This document shows positions 25,008 through 39,393 of a stretch of DNA of 64,000 bases, in pieces. Below the pieces are notes generated by a model that saw only the letters and a list, made by a program, of their open reading frames with translations, had not been told where the DNA came from and did not search any database. Made by a program: the position numbers and the translations under genes. Numbering within the stretch: position 1 is the first letter of the stretch; each line of letters begins with the position of its first letter. This DNA is from Hormiphora californensis (Eukaryota > Animalia > Ctenophora). Location of the stretch: assembly GCA_020137815.1 (NCBI GenBank), contig CM035354.1:5208001-5272000 (forward strand), written 5' to 3'.

Positions 25008-27964
25008 ACTCTCACTCTCTCTCTCACCCCCTCTCTCTCTACCTCACTCCTTGTCTCTGACGTGTGACATGGATTGACGGCGTGCACCAAGAACTCCCTC
25101 TTCGAAAGAAAACTAGCTCTGTATGCAGTCCTTACTGATTATATTGGCGATGAGATTGAGTGGATCTACTGGAAAGAGAGAAGGAGAGAAAGAGAAAGGC
25201 AATATGAAGCGGAAAGAGGGCGAGTATATTCGCGAATGGAAGGTGAACTGATGAGAAAGAGATTGATTGGATCAGGACGGAAAAAAGAACGCTCACAACA
25301 ATCACATAGTACATGGCATATCAATGGTTTAATCACGGGCTCTTCAGCGGTGTTGAGCGCATCCACTGAGAGAGAGATGCACAGAAAGAGATCAGAGGAT
25401 ACGGGAGATACACATGATCTCGGGTCGCAATTTGAATCACCAGCGGTTTTTTCACTTACGGGAATTGGTACATATTTTGCATTGTTTGTTTGAGATCTGG
25501 CAGACTGATCTGTCGATGTGCGGCTATCAAGCTCGGTGCCCTCTTCCTATAAAGTTCCGTCAATTTGTCTGTCAATCTTAGAAAAGACTCAGTACGGTGT
25601 AAAAATAGTATAACACGTGTAAAAGAAATGATGAATTAGTTTTGATTGCTACATAGTGTACGTACCACAAGGGTGTTCAGATTGTTGCCACTGGCAGAGC
25701 CCGTGTTATTAACAGGGGGAAGGTTGATGTGCAATGCAGAACGGGAGAACCTGTGCTCCCGGAGAGTTGCTATCGATGCCTTAGAGAAGGATCGGCTGTT
25801 CCTTGCATTCGGTTTGATTGTCTGGAGGCGTCCAATTTCTTTCATCCTGTCGCTGAATGTCGCTGAAAAAGTTCCAGTCGTAAAGTCACTGACGAAACAT
25901 GTATTTTGATGAAAAGTTACAGTCATTTATTTTGAAAAAAAATCATGCTAAAACTGAATTCCTTGTCAAAAAACACGCATGACACTCAATGCACTCACCG
26001 GAAAGCAAGGCAATGGAGAGAGGGAGAGAGATAGATCAGACTCAGAGAGGGGGTAAATAGAGAGAGAGAAAGGCATGCTTTAATCACACATGCTCTATGC
26101 TCGTGATGGGGTGCAATAGTGCAAACTGCTGTGTGATTATTTTTTTGGAAATAAGCTAGCGATCTCGCTAGTCATTAATTTATTCATTTTCCCACATCTG
26201 CTCTCTTTCCTTCACTCAAGGCTCTCGATCATTTTTTTATTATTATGCTACCCTAATCTAGATAATACTTATGTGTATGTGTGTCTGTACAATTCCTGGT
26301 AGATCTGAAATTTACCTTGGTCGTCCGCTATGTCCTTGCTAGACTCTGGAATGTTGCTGCTGTGTTCCTTGTTGGCTGGGTGTGAAGTGGGTTTAGGAGA
26401 GCGGCTTACATACAGGTTCATTCGATATATTGCGAGATGCGGATAGTGGATTCCAGCGGTAGTTCGTAATAGAGGTATAATATATTGACAGCGATCAGTG
26501 CGGCCTAGCTCGAGCTCTCTTGGTGGTATCATATATATCTCTCTCATTATCAATAATCTCCAGCCCGTGTGCATTTTGGGTTTTGTGAATGTGTTCATTA
26601 AAGCGTTAGAGCGCGGCATGTGAAAGAATAAAAGCGCATTCGTGCAGTGAGTGGTTGACATGATGTGCGAAGCCAGCCTGCGATTTCTAAATCACTCGCC
26701 GCTTTACACAATAGTCTGAATAGCAAGAGCCAAAAGAATGGGAGATAGAGCGGGAGAGAATTCGAGAGAGAGACGGTTATAGTAGTAAAAGTATAGAGGG
26801 AGAGTTGGAGCATTTAATCGTAAGCCTGCGTTATACAAGTGCTGTGAGACACATACCGTTGCCGACGGGGTCCAAGGTGTTGGCACACAGTGCCATGGTG
26901 GCAAATTGTGTGACCTTGCTGTTCAAGCAGTCAGGGTTGTTGCATGGAATCAGCACCTCAACATCGTCCTTTCCATTGGCGGCTGTTTCCGTGTCCCCAT
27001 TCTTGTCAACAGAGACGGCGGCACTCTGTGCAAAGGAAAGATTGGGTAATTAGCGGAGTAGCTGGGGAACAAGGTGAACAAACAAGAATATATGACAGTA
27101 TTAGAAAACAACGGAGCTGGGCCTGAATATTATTCTCCTTAGACAAGTCACACACGCACACGGGTAAATATTTACATTTGCAGCCTTTTGACAATCGCAG
27201 GTCTTAGCGGCGTTTTTCTCATCGAAGACCACCTTCAGGGAGTTATCAATATTGTGCTCCTGTGGCTTATCTTTGCCGGAATTGCACGGAAGTCGTGATA
27301 CGATGTTCTTAGAGATCCATTTCTCGCACGGCTCGTTAATCTTCATGAAGAGACAGTAACACAGATACCAGATAAACAGGCAAAGGGCCTCATACCACTC
27401 AATTTTCTGGTCGAGGAAACTAATAATAAGGATGGTAAGGCCGATACTGTAGAAGGTGACATCCCGGAAGAGGGGCCACCAGGTTAGGGTGAGGAGCTCT
27501 TTACTGAAAACTGCACACATCCCAATCACAAAGAGGACGTTGAACACCGCACTGCCAATAATCGTACCCACTCCAACTTGAGATTGAGATATGAAAACAC
27601 CGATGACGGAGGTGAAAAACTCGGGAGCACTGCCACCCGCGGCCATGAAAGTTGCACCGGCTACATCGTCACTGATCTGCAACACGTCAATGATAACCTC
27701 GAGGGCGGGCACGAAAAATTCATCACAAATTAGGGCAAGGGCAGTGAACATGTAGAACATTCCGAGGAGGTGAAGAATGACAGCACCATCCCTGATCTGA
27801 CATTCCGTGAACAGTTCTTTGGGGTAAAACTCGGTTGAATTGTAAAAACAGTCACAGTTATCAGAGCTGTAAGTCCAATTCAGCGGACAGTCATCTGCAC
27901 CCTGTGTTGGGGTCGGTCCCGCGAGGAGTATAACCAGCACCAGAAAACAGCTAAAATGCCTCAT
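16401..27964 (-). CDS. SLC24: K+-dependent Na+/Ca2+ exchanger (SLC24/NCKX family). Exons about 27964-27233, 27025-26857, 25862-25666, 23760-23554, further small loop exons near 23470 and 22740, 19818-19648, 19095-18970, 16930-16794, 16668-16401
   Basis: Alpha-1 repeat [16 protein letters not shown]...[10 protein letters not shown], alpha-2 repeat [15 protein letters not shown]...[17 protein letters not shown], acidic [12 protein letters not shown] segment, signal peptide. Confidence 0.93.
17170..18590 (+). mobile_element. Helentron-associated (HINE/DINE-1-like) non-autonomous element in an NCKX intron
   Basis: Subterminal inverted repeat tccgacccgaag (17180-17191) / cttcgggtcgga (18555-18566), (CT)n after the 5' repeat, internal tandem gcccttgcacc-type repeats, 3' hairpin aggtgcctgccggcacct then aaatagt. 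Confidence 0.55.
20716..20814. repeat. Three tandem copies of a 33-bp unit, each containing TGAGTCA
   Basis: (gtttgtgagtcagtgcgtttgtgtgtgatgagy) x3. Confidence 0.9.
21106..22362 (+). CDS. Intronless class A (rhodopsin-like) GPCR nested antisense within the NCKX gene
   Basis: Seven hydrophobic segments; TM1 GTVLN, TM2 SLAMDD, WLC (TM3 Cys), SFNRAL in place of DRY, ECL2 Cys, TM7 INPLIY. Confidence 0.9.
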   Translation: MNMAVPPYQQINGSADSTPLYYSSVEILAMGSFTILAVLGTVLNTLVIGAFAKFKLYLQPSNLQLLSLAMDDLGTAVLVEPFVVLTYLKPHLFVQNAWLCDYFSTVLHLFPWGSTISILILSFNRALIIIFPLIYRSSVTCKHIFYTLVGKYIFLVAFVTFSNFFWVSNFSHHHSQCLVTYVWGGALSTDDGFTETLTDKMTLPVLHLIAGAVIFAVNAVVVVQLVKIKLRKIVKGGGSKHVVSAGVELIILVAVYMVTTISIPVLFVMELLQVKISSDGVEVAAYIAKMLFYMQPIINPLIYVIRRTEYRNNMRRAMTSLHKNNHRGRHGDARGPGDAGRFYRTARVVINTNRFINQVRISQRRHRMIAGGGPMEMYAPRILPAIGHPIRNTPNPCNARQAACLEVVAVPNRRTKSV

Positions 27965-27999
27965 CACTCGGTCGAACTCTCTCTCTCTCTCCTCTCCTG

Positions 28000-30176
28000 T
28001 TTCACAACTTACATAGCCTATTAGAAAGGATGGGTTGTTATAATAATTGTACTTTAGTTAGAACGGCGAAGCGTGTGTAGTACAACTTTAAACGAGTAGC
28101 TGTAGAGGAGAAAGGAGCAACATAACAAAGGCCTCTCTCTCGCTTAAGGACGTGGAATGTATGGTGGACAAGTTGGTGGCTGCTCGAAAACAATGCGGCT
28201 CAACAATGACAAAAGATCCAGTTACTGCCGTTCCACAGATGTTTACAACGGCGCTAATTGTATCTGGTCAAATATTAATGCAATAACAGCTAGCTCGAAC
28301 ACACACACACACGCACACTGTAGACCACTGCTGCTGATCTGTAGCGCCACCAGACGAGTGACTCTAAGCTGGGCATGGCACACACACACGGCACATATAG
28401 AGATAGAAAACCCCATAGAGAGAGAGACCAGTGGAAATAAAGAGATTTGATATAAAGGAAGGTTGAAAGAGGAAATTGATGTACAGTAAGAAACACCAGA
28501 GTAAACAACTGTGAATTTACGCTCTGTTTAACCCTTTTCTTCTAAAATTATTCTTTTTCTTTCAATCTCTATGTTTGATCTCTCGCAACTCTAGAGCATG
28601 AGGAAGGCAAATCACTCACAGCCAACCACTCATTAGAAGGCGTGCGAATTATTTCCCAGATTCCAAAATAGCTCGAGCCGGACTCAGAGACAGATATTTA
28701 GAAAGAAATTAGCGTCAAACTTTTAAAAACTATAAGAAAGATTTGACAAAGAAGATTCTTGGGATTCTTATGCAAAGCGTCGTATAATTTCTGCGTCACT
28801 CATTCCACATTCTGAAAAAAAAACCCAACAATTATAGCTCAGTAAAAATTTAACCACTTCTGAACTTTTTTCTCAAGACAAAACTGTTAAGCCAGACGTT
28901 GGAACAAGCTAACTTGAGCCCGGAGCCGTCTAGTATAACTACTGCAGCTCAACACGGGTTTTCTTGGAAAGATATATTCCTCATTACCGAAAGAATTTCT
29001 AGTCCACGAAAGGAAGATAGTAGAAAATTAGCGAGAAAGAAAACTAGAAATAGTGAGGAGGATGGTGAGAAGGAATGAGAGAATTTAATATAAGTGAGAG
29101 AGCAGTACTGCAGGTGTCAGTGTGTCTGTATGTGTGTATTATTAGTGTGTGTGTGTGTTAATTACATCTCTGCTACTGTTGTAGGGCTCTGATCTCGAGC
29201 TGCCTGCATGGTGTGTACGATCATGTCAAAACTGTCAGCAGGGAGCAAGGGGAAGGGAGGGAGGGAGAAACAGATAGAGACTAGAGAGACAGATAGAGAG
29301 ACAGAGGGAGAGATATAGAGAGAGGGAGATCTCGGCGTGCTTCTTCATAATAAGACAATCGTGTACGCGGTGTCAAAGCCAAAAAATGGCGTTAGCCGTT
29401 GTGTAGGGCAAACAAAAACAATTACTATGTTTGTTTAGACCAGCTCGAATACATTCTTCCTAAGATAGCCGTTGATAGTGTCACTGAGTGAGTTCGCTGG
29501 AAAAAATGATCTGACTTAGGAGGTCTGAAATGGGACTAATGACAAAAACCAAGAACTAAACGGTCAATGAGTATGTCACGGAACAAAAGAAGAATGGTGA
29601 AGTCAAAGTGAGGATTCCGTAACTTAAACGCGTGAGAAACTAAAAAAGGTAAGAGACTGAATGAAGTACCAAATGAAAAAGAGAGATTGATGAAGATGAA
29701 AAAGAGAGTGAGAGGGAGATGAAAAGGTTGCACAGTGCAGACAGGCTTTGACCGCGTACAATACAAACGGGGAAGCTTAGAGCGAAGACAGGACGCACTG
29801 CCTTTGTACAAGGCTGTTTGTGCGGGCTACCAAACGAAGCAGCGTAGCTGACTGTCTAATTTGCCAAACGAGACATCAACAGGTCGACTTTTAAACGCAG
29901 GTCACCACCAACTGTAGAAGAGGGGAGCAGTAGTATAAATTAGTTGAACCTGGACTACTACAGAACTGTCGACAAGAAATATACGGCAGAAATTATATCC
30001 AACTAATATATTCGTGCAGTACTAGTATATTCTATCTGGATTCTAGGTTAAACCCACATACACAATATATATCGGCCGATGATAGCTGTCTACTGAAGGT
30101 ATGTGCAATGTATTCCCAATAAGCAAAATGATAGGGTTAAAGATAACTTAAGGCGATAAGTTGGGATGGAGAAACT

Positions 30177-30273
<97 letters not shown>

Positions 30274-30691
30274 GGAGGGACAGACAGAGAGAGAAAGAGA
30301 GAGAAAGAAAAGATTGAGAGAGATGTAGAAAGGGAGTGATAGAGAGAGAGGAAGAGAGATAGAGATAAAGCGTGCGAGAAGGAGGACACGGCAGCTAAAC
30401 GGTGATTATACTCGCCAGATGTGCAAGATGTGCCGGTGAACTCTCAAGACGATGACACGGTGGGAGAGAGACGAAAGGTAGAGAAAGAGAGATGTTGAAG
30501 GGAGAGAGTTTGAATCACTGGATCAGACGGGAAATGAGTTGAAGGAAGAGTGAAAAAGAAAAAGAATTACAGAAGCCAAGATTGGGAGGAGAACGAAAGA
30601 GCATCAAAGCAACGGAAAAAAGAGGCAAGAGGGAGCTTAAGGGAGGGAGGGAGAGGAGAGAGGAAGAAGGATATGTTCAGAGCAAGAGAGA

Positions 30692-30790
<99 letters not shown>

Positions 30791-31678
30791 GAGAAAAGAG
30801 AGACAGAAAGAGGGAGAAAGAGAGAAAAAGAAGACGATGGTAGGAGAGAGAAAACTCTCGGCACGTGTTCACACACTTATGAAAGAGCAAGTGATTAGCT
30901 TGTGCTGTGTGCGTGTCTGTGTGAAATAGAACAAGTCAGTGAGGGTGTGCTTCAATATATAATATGACTATTTGTCTACATCAGGTGCAGCTGTGTGTAT
31001 GTCGGCTCACGTATAGAATATCGGGAGTAACGGCTCAGAAAATTACATGTCAGAATGATTCTAACGAAATGAGAGAGTGAAAGATAGAGAAAGAAGGATA
31101 GTGAGTGAAAGATAGCAAAAGAAAGAGAGGGAGGGAGAGATGCAGTTGACGAAAGGAAGCTAGGCTGGTCATTATATTACCGACATGTATAATTGCTATA
31201 TAGATCGAGTGCAGAGAAAACTATCCCAGCTGGAAGGTAGGAAGCCATCAGAGAGTTGCAGCTACAAACCACGGCTCTAGATTCTCTAACCGGCCAATTT
31301 AAACAGGTTTACCCAACCAAAATCAACAGCGAAGAAGCCAGAAAAGAATGACCTAACTGGCGCCTGTCGTGAAACTCTGGCCTAGGACCAGGATTCTGGT
31401 CTTACACCCACTCGCACAGATGCAATCAGCAATTGATTCAGCTAACTAAATCTAATTGAGAAGTGCATGCCAGCACACTACAATAAATCTCGCTCTCCCG
31501 CCCTGACCTCTCCTAGAGCCTCTCGTGTATCCAATTTTCAAACTCTCTTTCTCAAATCATTTATGTACAATCTGCTGACGTTCCTAATATAATTCCGATG
31601 ATCCGTGTCTTTCGTCTACGCCGCTTCCTACATTCTTCGCTAATTATTTTAGATTTCCTTTCCGTTTCCCTATCTCTA

Positions 31679-31709
<31 letters not shown>

Positions 31710-32039
31710 GTTCCTAACATGGACCATTGTTTCTCGATTTACACATATAGAATCATAATCGATCTTACTTGATTTCCCAGGTCGGGAACACCTCATCTCA
31801 CTCTTGTTATAGCCGCCTGAGCCTACACGGAAATAAACCAAATTGACACAATGATTAAAAGATTTGTCCAATTACAGCAGAAGATCGTGTCACAAGGTGG
31901 GGATTATGCTCAGATCGTGACCTCCCATTGGACAACCATCCGTAGCTTCTTTCTCAGGGCATGAGCAAATTAGAACGGGGGTGTGTGCGTGTATACGGGA
32001 GAGTGAGGGAGAGAAAAGAAACTAGAGAAATGACTGAGT

Positions 32040-32101
<62 letters not shown>

Positions 32102-35100
32102 AGGAATGAAAGAGAACTACAAGTGAAACACAAGGTGAGATAGATGAAGGTGTGGAGGTAATTGGGACTCATCGACACTCATAGCTGTGCTGATCTCTGT
32201 TACAATCTCTCACACCATCATTTTCACAGCAAATAGTATTTTCCCGACTATTACAAGCAGGGCTGGTGAGGTGTTATATTGGAGCGGATAAATATTAACT
32301 TTTCAAGGCAATGTGTGGGCGGTTAATCGAATTACTAAACGTGGTAGAACCGGCTGGGTGCAACTCCTGTCTTTACCACACAACATTGAACTTTCCCTCT
32401 CTCTCCATTGCTTCGCACTTTATCTCTCACTTTTCACTGCGAGCCGGCGAGTATTTTCAGTCAATTATATTGCAAAAAAACATCTGCAAAAATGCCTCAG
32501 TAGATTGCGTTGGACAGGACATTATAAAAACACAATTGTATGGGTCATCTGCTTCCTCAAAACTTCTGAGAGTCTTGTGGAGGGTTTGGTTGGTGAGCTA
32601 ATGTGCGAATAATAGGTACCGTGTTTTCAGCCGCAAACAAGGGTTGTAATTAGCAACATACACACACACAATGCACACCTTGGCTCTATGAAACTGTGAA
32701 GTGAGCCAAGTGGGTAAACAGTGCCCTGGAGAGGAAATAATAAAAGGAATATAGCATATCAATTGTAGAGAGGAGAGATAGGTGAGATGGCGGTGAGAGG
32801 CGAGAGATAGAGAGAGATAGAGTGAGAGAGCGAGAGATAGAGAGAGATAGAGTGAGAGAGTGAGAGAGGGGGATGAGGAGAGAGGGAAACAACGAAAGAG
32901 AGGAAGAGATGGATATATAGGGAGCAAACAAATCACGCAACAATTCAACCATATATCGATAGCAGCCATTTCTATAGACCCCTTGCTATCATGAGCGTTA
33001 CACAAATGATGCTACACACGATCATGATGCCGCCATGGACGAAGGAAGATAAACAGGATGGGGGACCACACCGGGTATTTGATGAGGGGGGGTTGCACAA
33101 TATACCCCCCTCCCCTCGACAAGCTGCAGGGACCGGGATATATATTAGCATAGAACGTGACACCAACTATGGAGGTATGTGGGCGGTGGCGGTTGCAAAT
33201 TTACACGTCATCCACAGGAGTAATGAGTAATTAGAGCCATTGTCAATATCATTAGACAGCCTTAGTGCCCGAGGTACGCGATCATCGTCTTCCTCTCTAT
33301 AATACTGGAGCTTGTATCGACCATCTCTGTACTTCCTCTCTCTCTCCCTCCCTCGCTCTCCTGTTCTCTCTATCTATCAAATGATTGTCTTTGACTGTCT
33401 ATCTTTATCTTGCTCTCTCGTTCCCTCTCCCCTCTCTCCCCTCTCTCCTTCTACTGAATTGCCTCAAACACTTCGTAGTAGCTGATATCAGTCAATTGAC
33501 TCCATTATATCTATTCGAACACCATGATACTCTCTCTTTTTTCTGCTTCCCTACGGCAAACTCGCATATCTCTCTCCGTTTTCTCTATTACTTCTTCCCA
33601 TCTCCTTCCAGCGTAGTACGTTGTGCCATACAAACACAGGCAAAAAGAAAAGGGAAAGGGTGCCTATCACCACCTTCCCAGCAACTGCAGGGAGAGTGTA
33701 CCATCTCACACCTGGTGATAGGGTAGAGAGAGAGGGAAGATAGAGAGATAGAGAGGGGGAGATGGAGAGAGTGAAGATGGAGATAGAGATATATGGAGAG
33801 AGAGAGATGGATATAAATAGAGATAGTTAGAGAGATAGTTAGAGAGAGAGAGGTCTTGATTCCTGTGCAGGATTGGATTCTCTCTCTTCCTCTCAATTCC
33901 CCAGGGAGTGATTTTAAACTTGTCACGACCGCGGTTGTAGCTCCTCTTCAGACTATTATACAACTTCACATGAACAGAATATCGCGAGAGAAGAAGAAAA
34001 AACTTACAGAGTTATTAGAGCGATACAAAATACAGTTTACAAGTAATAGTAATACTAAAAGCCCAATGTAAAATGTTAAAGACCAATGTTAAATGATGCG
34101 AAGACATTCAACTTGAAAGACAATGATCAATTCTCTGTAATACAAAAGAAGAGAGGTAGATTTTATCAGGTGAACCCGCAAAAGATAACAAGCAATATCA
34201 CGATAGAGCGATGCTTGCAGTGTGCGTGGATGTGAGAGAGAGAGAGGGGGAGGACTGAGGAGAGAGGAGTCCTATATAACAGTAAGAGAGTTCTTAAAGA
34301 CAGTGCATGTGTGCGTGTGTTGTCTTGGTGTGTGTGTAAACTGCACAGATCTCTCTCTAATGATACGCATACCGATATACACATGACGCTTATATCGTAC
34401 GACAGCAGCTGATACGTACGACAACAGCTGATACATTTCCCTAAACACACCAGCACCAACTCCCTAGACACAGCTTTGTGTGTTTAGATATACAGCTGTT
34501 GGTGATGTTTGACAATGAACCGCAGCCAATACCCACATAGCAACTGGACATAGACAAATAAACAATCGCCGACGGGGACAAAAACATTGCAAAGAAATTA
34601 GAAAATGATGGTAGTCACAAGAAAATAATGACAAAGATAGAGAGATAGACTCGGACAAAATAGAGATGTGGGTAAATCTACACTCACTATCGATGGGAAA
34701 CAATGCATCAAGATATAAGCCCATCGTCCTGTGAGGATGTTAACCCCTAATATAATACCCCTAGCTCTGTTTATTCACTTTGTTTTCGTCTCGCTCATTT
34801 TTCACATCTCTCCCCTCTCTCTCTCTCCCTTTGTCATCTTTTTCTACCATCTAAACCAAGCAAAACTTGGGCACGTCTCGCCCCTCTGTGTTCTCGCTCC
34901 CCCTACGGAGGGGCCGCTGACGGCTGAGCGGCTAAAAAGCAAAACCAACGTCGTAATGCGTGTCAAGGCGTTACGCTTGAGACATCATACATAGCAAATA
35001 TGTAACAATGAATATTAAACAAGAACTAGTAACAAGCCAACAAAGTAGGAAGAGCCGAGTAAACGAGAGATGCTCTCTCTCTCCCTCTCTCTACTTCTTT

Positions 35101-35299
35101 CCTGCTCACTGACGCATACATACGCGAGAGAAGAGAGAGAAGGGAGAAAGACAAGAAAAGAGAGAGACGTTAGTACGGTAAGCACCCTCCTAGAGCCGGA
35201 AACAACTGACCAATAAGCTCATAGAACAAATTGCACGGTGTAATGATTTGATTAAATGGTTTCTATAGTGAACGCTTAGCAGCCAGTCCTGGAGAGAGA

Positions 35300-35339
<40 letters not shown>

Positions 35340-36645
35340 GATAGAGAGAAACGAAGAATGAGTAAATGACAGAAAGATAGAGAAAGTGAGGAAGAGAGAG
35401 CTAGAAAAGTGAGAGGAATGAAGGGAGGAGAAAGCGCTTCGGTGAGAAAAACAGAGGGAGTAAGAAAGAATTGGTGGAGACAAGTAGCAGGAGGTGAAAA
35501 CCTGGCATTGATTAAAATGAACGCAGGCGACAACATGCACATTGCACTACAGCAGCAACTTTACCTCTTGACCAGTAATTTGTGGCCTAACACTATCACT
35601 CATTTTCTCTGTCCCTGTCTCTATCTATATATCTCTTTCTTCCTTCATCCTCTTTGCCCGTTCCATATCTCTATCCCCCAATTTAGCAGTCTCTACTCTC
35701 TACATACATATCATAAATTAGAGTGACCACCGGCTTGTAGGCTAAATGTGCTCACTTAGCAATCAGAAAAGGATAAAACTCAGAATAAGTTCTGTCATCG
35801 AATAGCTGTCAGCAAGTCCGTGATGTGGGAAACTATCTCACTTGTTCTCTCCACTTTCTCTCACTACACACCTCCAGACACATAACACACCTGTCTCTCA
35901 CTTTATAAAGTTTAAAGCATCGACATCTATCTCCACCTATCGATTTTCTCTCTCTCACCCTCCCTCTCTCTCTCTCTCTCTATCTCTCTTATGGTACCAT
36001 TCCCTCACTCTCTCTAAACATGTGAAATGTAATTATTAGGAACCATAGCTCGGAAAGCTGTTGTTAATGCAGTGTGGCTACCGTTTAAATTCGTAACACC
36101 GTGCTTGTCAGAGAAAATTTCACAAGCAAGAAAGGACGAATAAAAGATACGATAAAAAATCATGATACAATGAGAACGGCAGTGATGACGAAGTTTGGGG
36201 GCGTTAGTATAGAAGCTTAGTCGAACTGATGGTCGTACAACGATTACTGCATGTTGGAAGTTGAGAGAATGTACGATATGATTGAGAAAGAGGCCCAGTG
36301 TTAGTAACTTCAGAGAAAAGTTCACAGCATGAGAGGTGTAAAAGTGTTACGAGTAACATAACGTAGACATTTGAGAGAGAGAGTTAATCAGATAACCAGA
36401 TAGAGGAGATCAGTACAAACTTAGAGTAGGCACGATTGAAGAGAGTCGGAAAAGGAAAGCAAGTGAAAGTGGAGAGTAAGAACATAAGATGAGAAGACAG
36501 AGCATGAAGAATGAGAAGATGAGAAGCAATGAGAGAAGAGAGGCGAGAGAGAAGACGAGAAGTAGACGAGAGAGAGAGAGAGAGAGCGAGAGAGATGAGA
36601 GAGATAGAGAAAGATAGAGAGATAGAGAGAGAGAGAGAGACAGAC

Positions 36646-36703
<58 letters not shown>

Positions 36704-36742
36704 CAGAGAGAGAGAGAGAGGAGAGAGAGTAGAGAGAGAGAG

Positions 36743-36790
<48 letters not shown>

Positions 36791-36950
36791 CACATGGAGT
36801 GGATAGGGCGGTCCTTCATCCGTCGTCAGACTAACCAGCTCTCAAACACACACACAGAGGTCTCTAGTAGAGGGAGGGACACACTGACACGCAAACAGAC
36901 GCATATGCTTTATTGTACTGTTTACATCGGGATGATTGTATTGACTGGCT

Positions 36951-37025
<75 letters not shown>

Positions 37026-37100
37026 CCTCTCTCGCTCTCAATTCTAACTATATCTTACTCTATAACTATCTTTCTGTTCAGCAACTCTCACCTTCTCTCT
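28000..37100. repeat. Non-coding region rich in (AG)n/(CT)n microsatellites (about 30178-30270, 30690-30785, 32040-32097, 35303-35345, 36530-36785, 36950-37030); similar tracts at 11263-11346, 16147-16250, 24841-25040 and 49537-49588
   Basis: Visible dinucleotide runs; all ER/SL-repeat ORFs derive from them. Confidence 0.9.
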
Positions 37101-38739
37101 TATCTCCAATAATCTCTCAGCTTGTTCAACTCAATATATCTTCGTTCTGCACACGTCACATTATTATAATGAAGCGGAAAATCAAGAACATTATATTCAT
37201 CGAAGCAGTTACTTATCATCTACTAATATATTTGAAAAAACTTCAGACAAGGAGAAGACGCTTAATTATGTTAAATATGCGAGCATGGATTCAATCATGA
37301 TGCGTTTGATTAAAGAGAAACAGCGACAACTAAGAATAGCCGGATATAACTCGAGAGTCGCGAGGCGCATTATAATTGACATTTGACGATGCGAGGAATC
37401 CATAAATTGAAAGGAAATTAGTGTGGCTCGTAGAATATCAGCTGTAGCCAGCCACAAACGTGGAACAAACAACTAACTGAATGGAAGCCAATTTCCGAGT
37501 AAATAAAGCTGAAGTGATACCTAGCCAATAAAATGTGATATATTTGGACTGAAATCATACACTGGTATGACTCCGTTAGTTTTTTAATGTAGCGATAATT
37601 AAAATTCTACCATCAGAAGCATTACCGAATATATCTCTGTAATAAAAATATGACTTTTCATTTATCAAAACTTTCAGGTGCCTGACACTTGTTCAACTGG
37701 AAACTGGAAACAACTCCAAAAAACATCAACATTTCATACGGAACTTTGGGGCCTGGGGGAGTGTCTTATTACAACTTTGGCACTGGTCTGCAGAAGTTAT
37801 CTTTACATTCGCTTTACAGTGCTGCATACGGTAACGCAAAATACAGTAAGGAGAGGCGCACGGTGCATAACGCGCGGCAAAAAGTTCATGTGTCAGCACT
37901 TACTAGCGCCCTGATTGGTCACGGTTGCGCATCGTCTTACTGTATCTTCGTTTTCCATTACCGTTTTCCCACTACAAGCGACCGTGATAGAAGGAGATTT
38001 CTCAGGAAGTCAAAAGCCAACTTTCCTCGTGAGGATCCTAATATTATTATTTGGAAAAATAGGATGATAGCCGACAAATAGAGGTATTGCGTAATTTGGT
38101 AGGCTTAGCAAACTGAATAGAAAGACTGTGACCTTTTGTGAAATCTGCAGTTCTCAGTAGAGATAGCATTCGTCATTGTAAACGGCATGATGGAAGTGGG
38201 CTACAGCTCGGGAGTGGCCCATTGAGTAGCCCACTGAGTAGCCCATTCTGGACTTCATCAATTATTATGTCAACTATTTAGGAATGGAACCGAAAGGGAG
38301 GATACCAAAAGCTGCACCTGCCACTCAAATCACTGAGGAGACCTACTCAAATATTCACGTGCTTATTTAGCTCTTAAATTTCAGACTGAACAATAGCGAA
38401 AACATACACCTACTACGGCCTTTTTCAAGATCCGAATACCAATTGAGTATTGACAATTATATCTATTCAGCAACTTACAAATGTCAAATAATGTATCTCT
38501 TGACTATTCTTGCGTATCATGATGGATAATAGTTCATGTGTTGATTGACAATAGTATCCAGCGAGTCTAACTTGTCCAATCAACACATGTTCAACTATTA
38601 ACGGCAAGATCTATCGCTTGGTACCATTTTCATCTGTGTAGGTGACATAAATACAAGCTTTTTTGAGGTTTACATTCATTTTGGGCGAAAATTTAACCTC
38701 CTGATACACTTCGTGCGCAGCTACCCTATCCAAAATTTT

Positions 38740-39393
38740 GGAGGGGGGCCGGCTGAAGTTTTTGAAGTTTTTGAAGTCAACTTCAAAAACTTCAAAGAGA
38801 AACTTAGGGTGGAAAACTTCAAAAACTTCAAAAACTCATATCTCCTAAACCGTTGGAGATAGGCCCTATGTTGCTTCATAACTCTTATATAAACTCGAGG
38901 CCGCTGATGATTTTGGTGTCCATATTTTTTTCACGACTCCCTTAATAAAAAATTTGCATTTTGTGAAACTGGCAAAAAGGGTGTGGCCCCAAAAAAAATT
39001 TTGAAAATTTACCTCATAATTTTTTAACACTTTCTTAGCATTTTCTAGGCAACGTTTTGAGTTATAGAATGAAAATGAAATCTGTTTTTACAAAAAATTT
39101 AAATTTTTTACACCAAATTGTGCTATGGATTTCATGGCTAGGAATCATTGTAAATATCCTAATTTGTGGTAGAAAAAGGGCAGACAAGGACGGATAACTT
39201 TGCTACAATATGTATTAAGTATGAAACTAACCTAAACAAGTGTAATAATAGCCACTGATAGCATATAAAAGTAGTTTAGACTTTTTGAAGTTTTTGAAGT
39301 TTTTGAAGTCAACTTCAAAAACTTCAAAAACTCAAAAAGTAGGGTGGAAAACTTCAAACTTCAAAAACTTCAGCCGGCCCCCCCCCCCCCCCC
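38740..39393. mobile_element. MITE with G-run termini and 9-bp TSD (MULE/Merlin-like)
   Basis: GGAGGGGGGCCGGCTGAAGTTTTTG...CAAAAACTTCAGCCGGCCCCCC; TSD caaaatttt at 38731-38739 and 39394-39402; internal aagtttttg arrays. Confidence 0.82.

Noticed and set aside
11138-37300. Numerous ER-, RE- and SL-repeat ORFs
   Set aside because: Translations of (AG)n/(CT)n microsatellites
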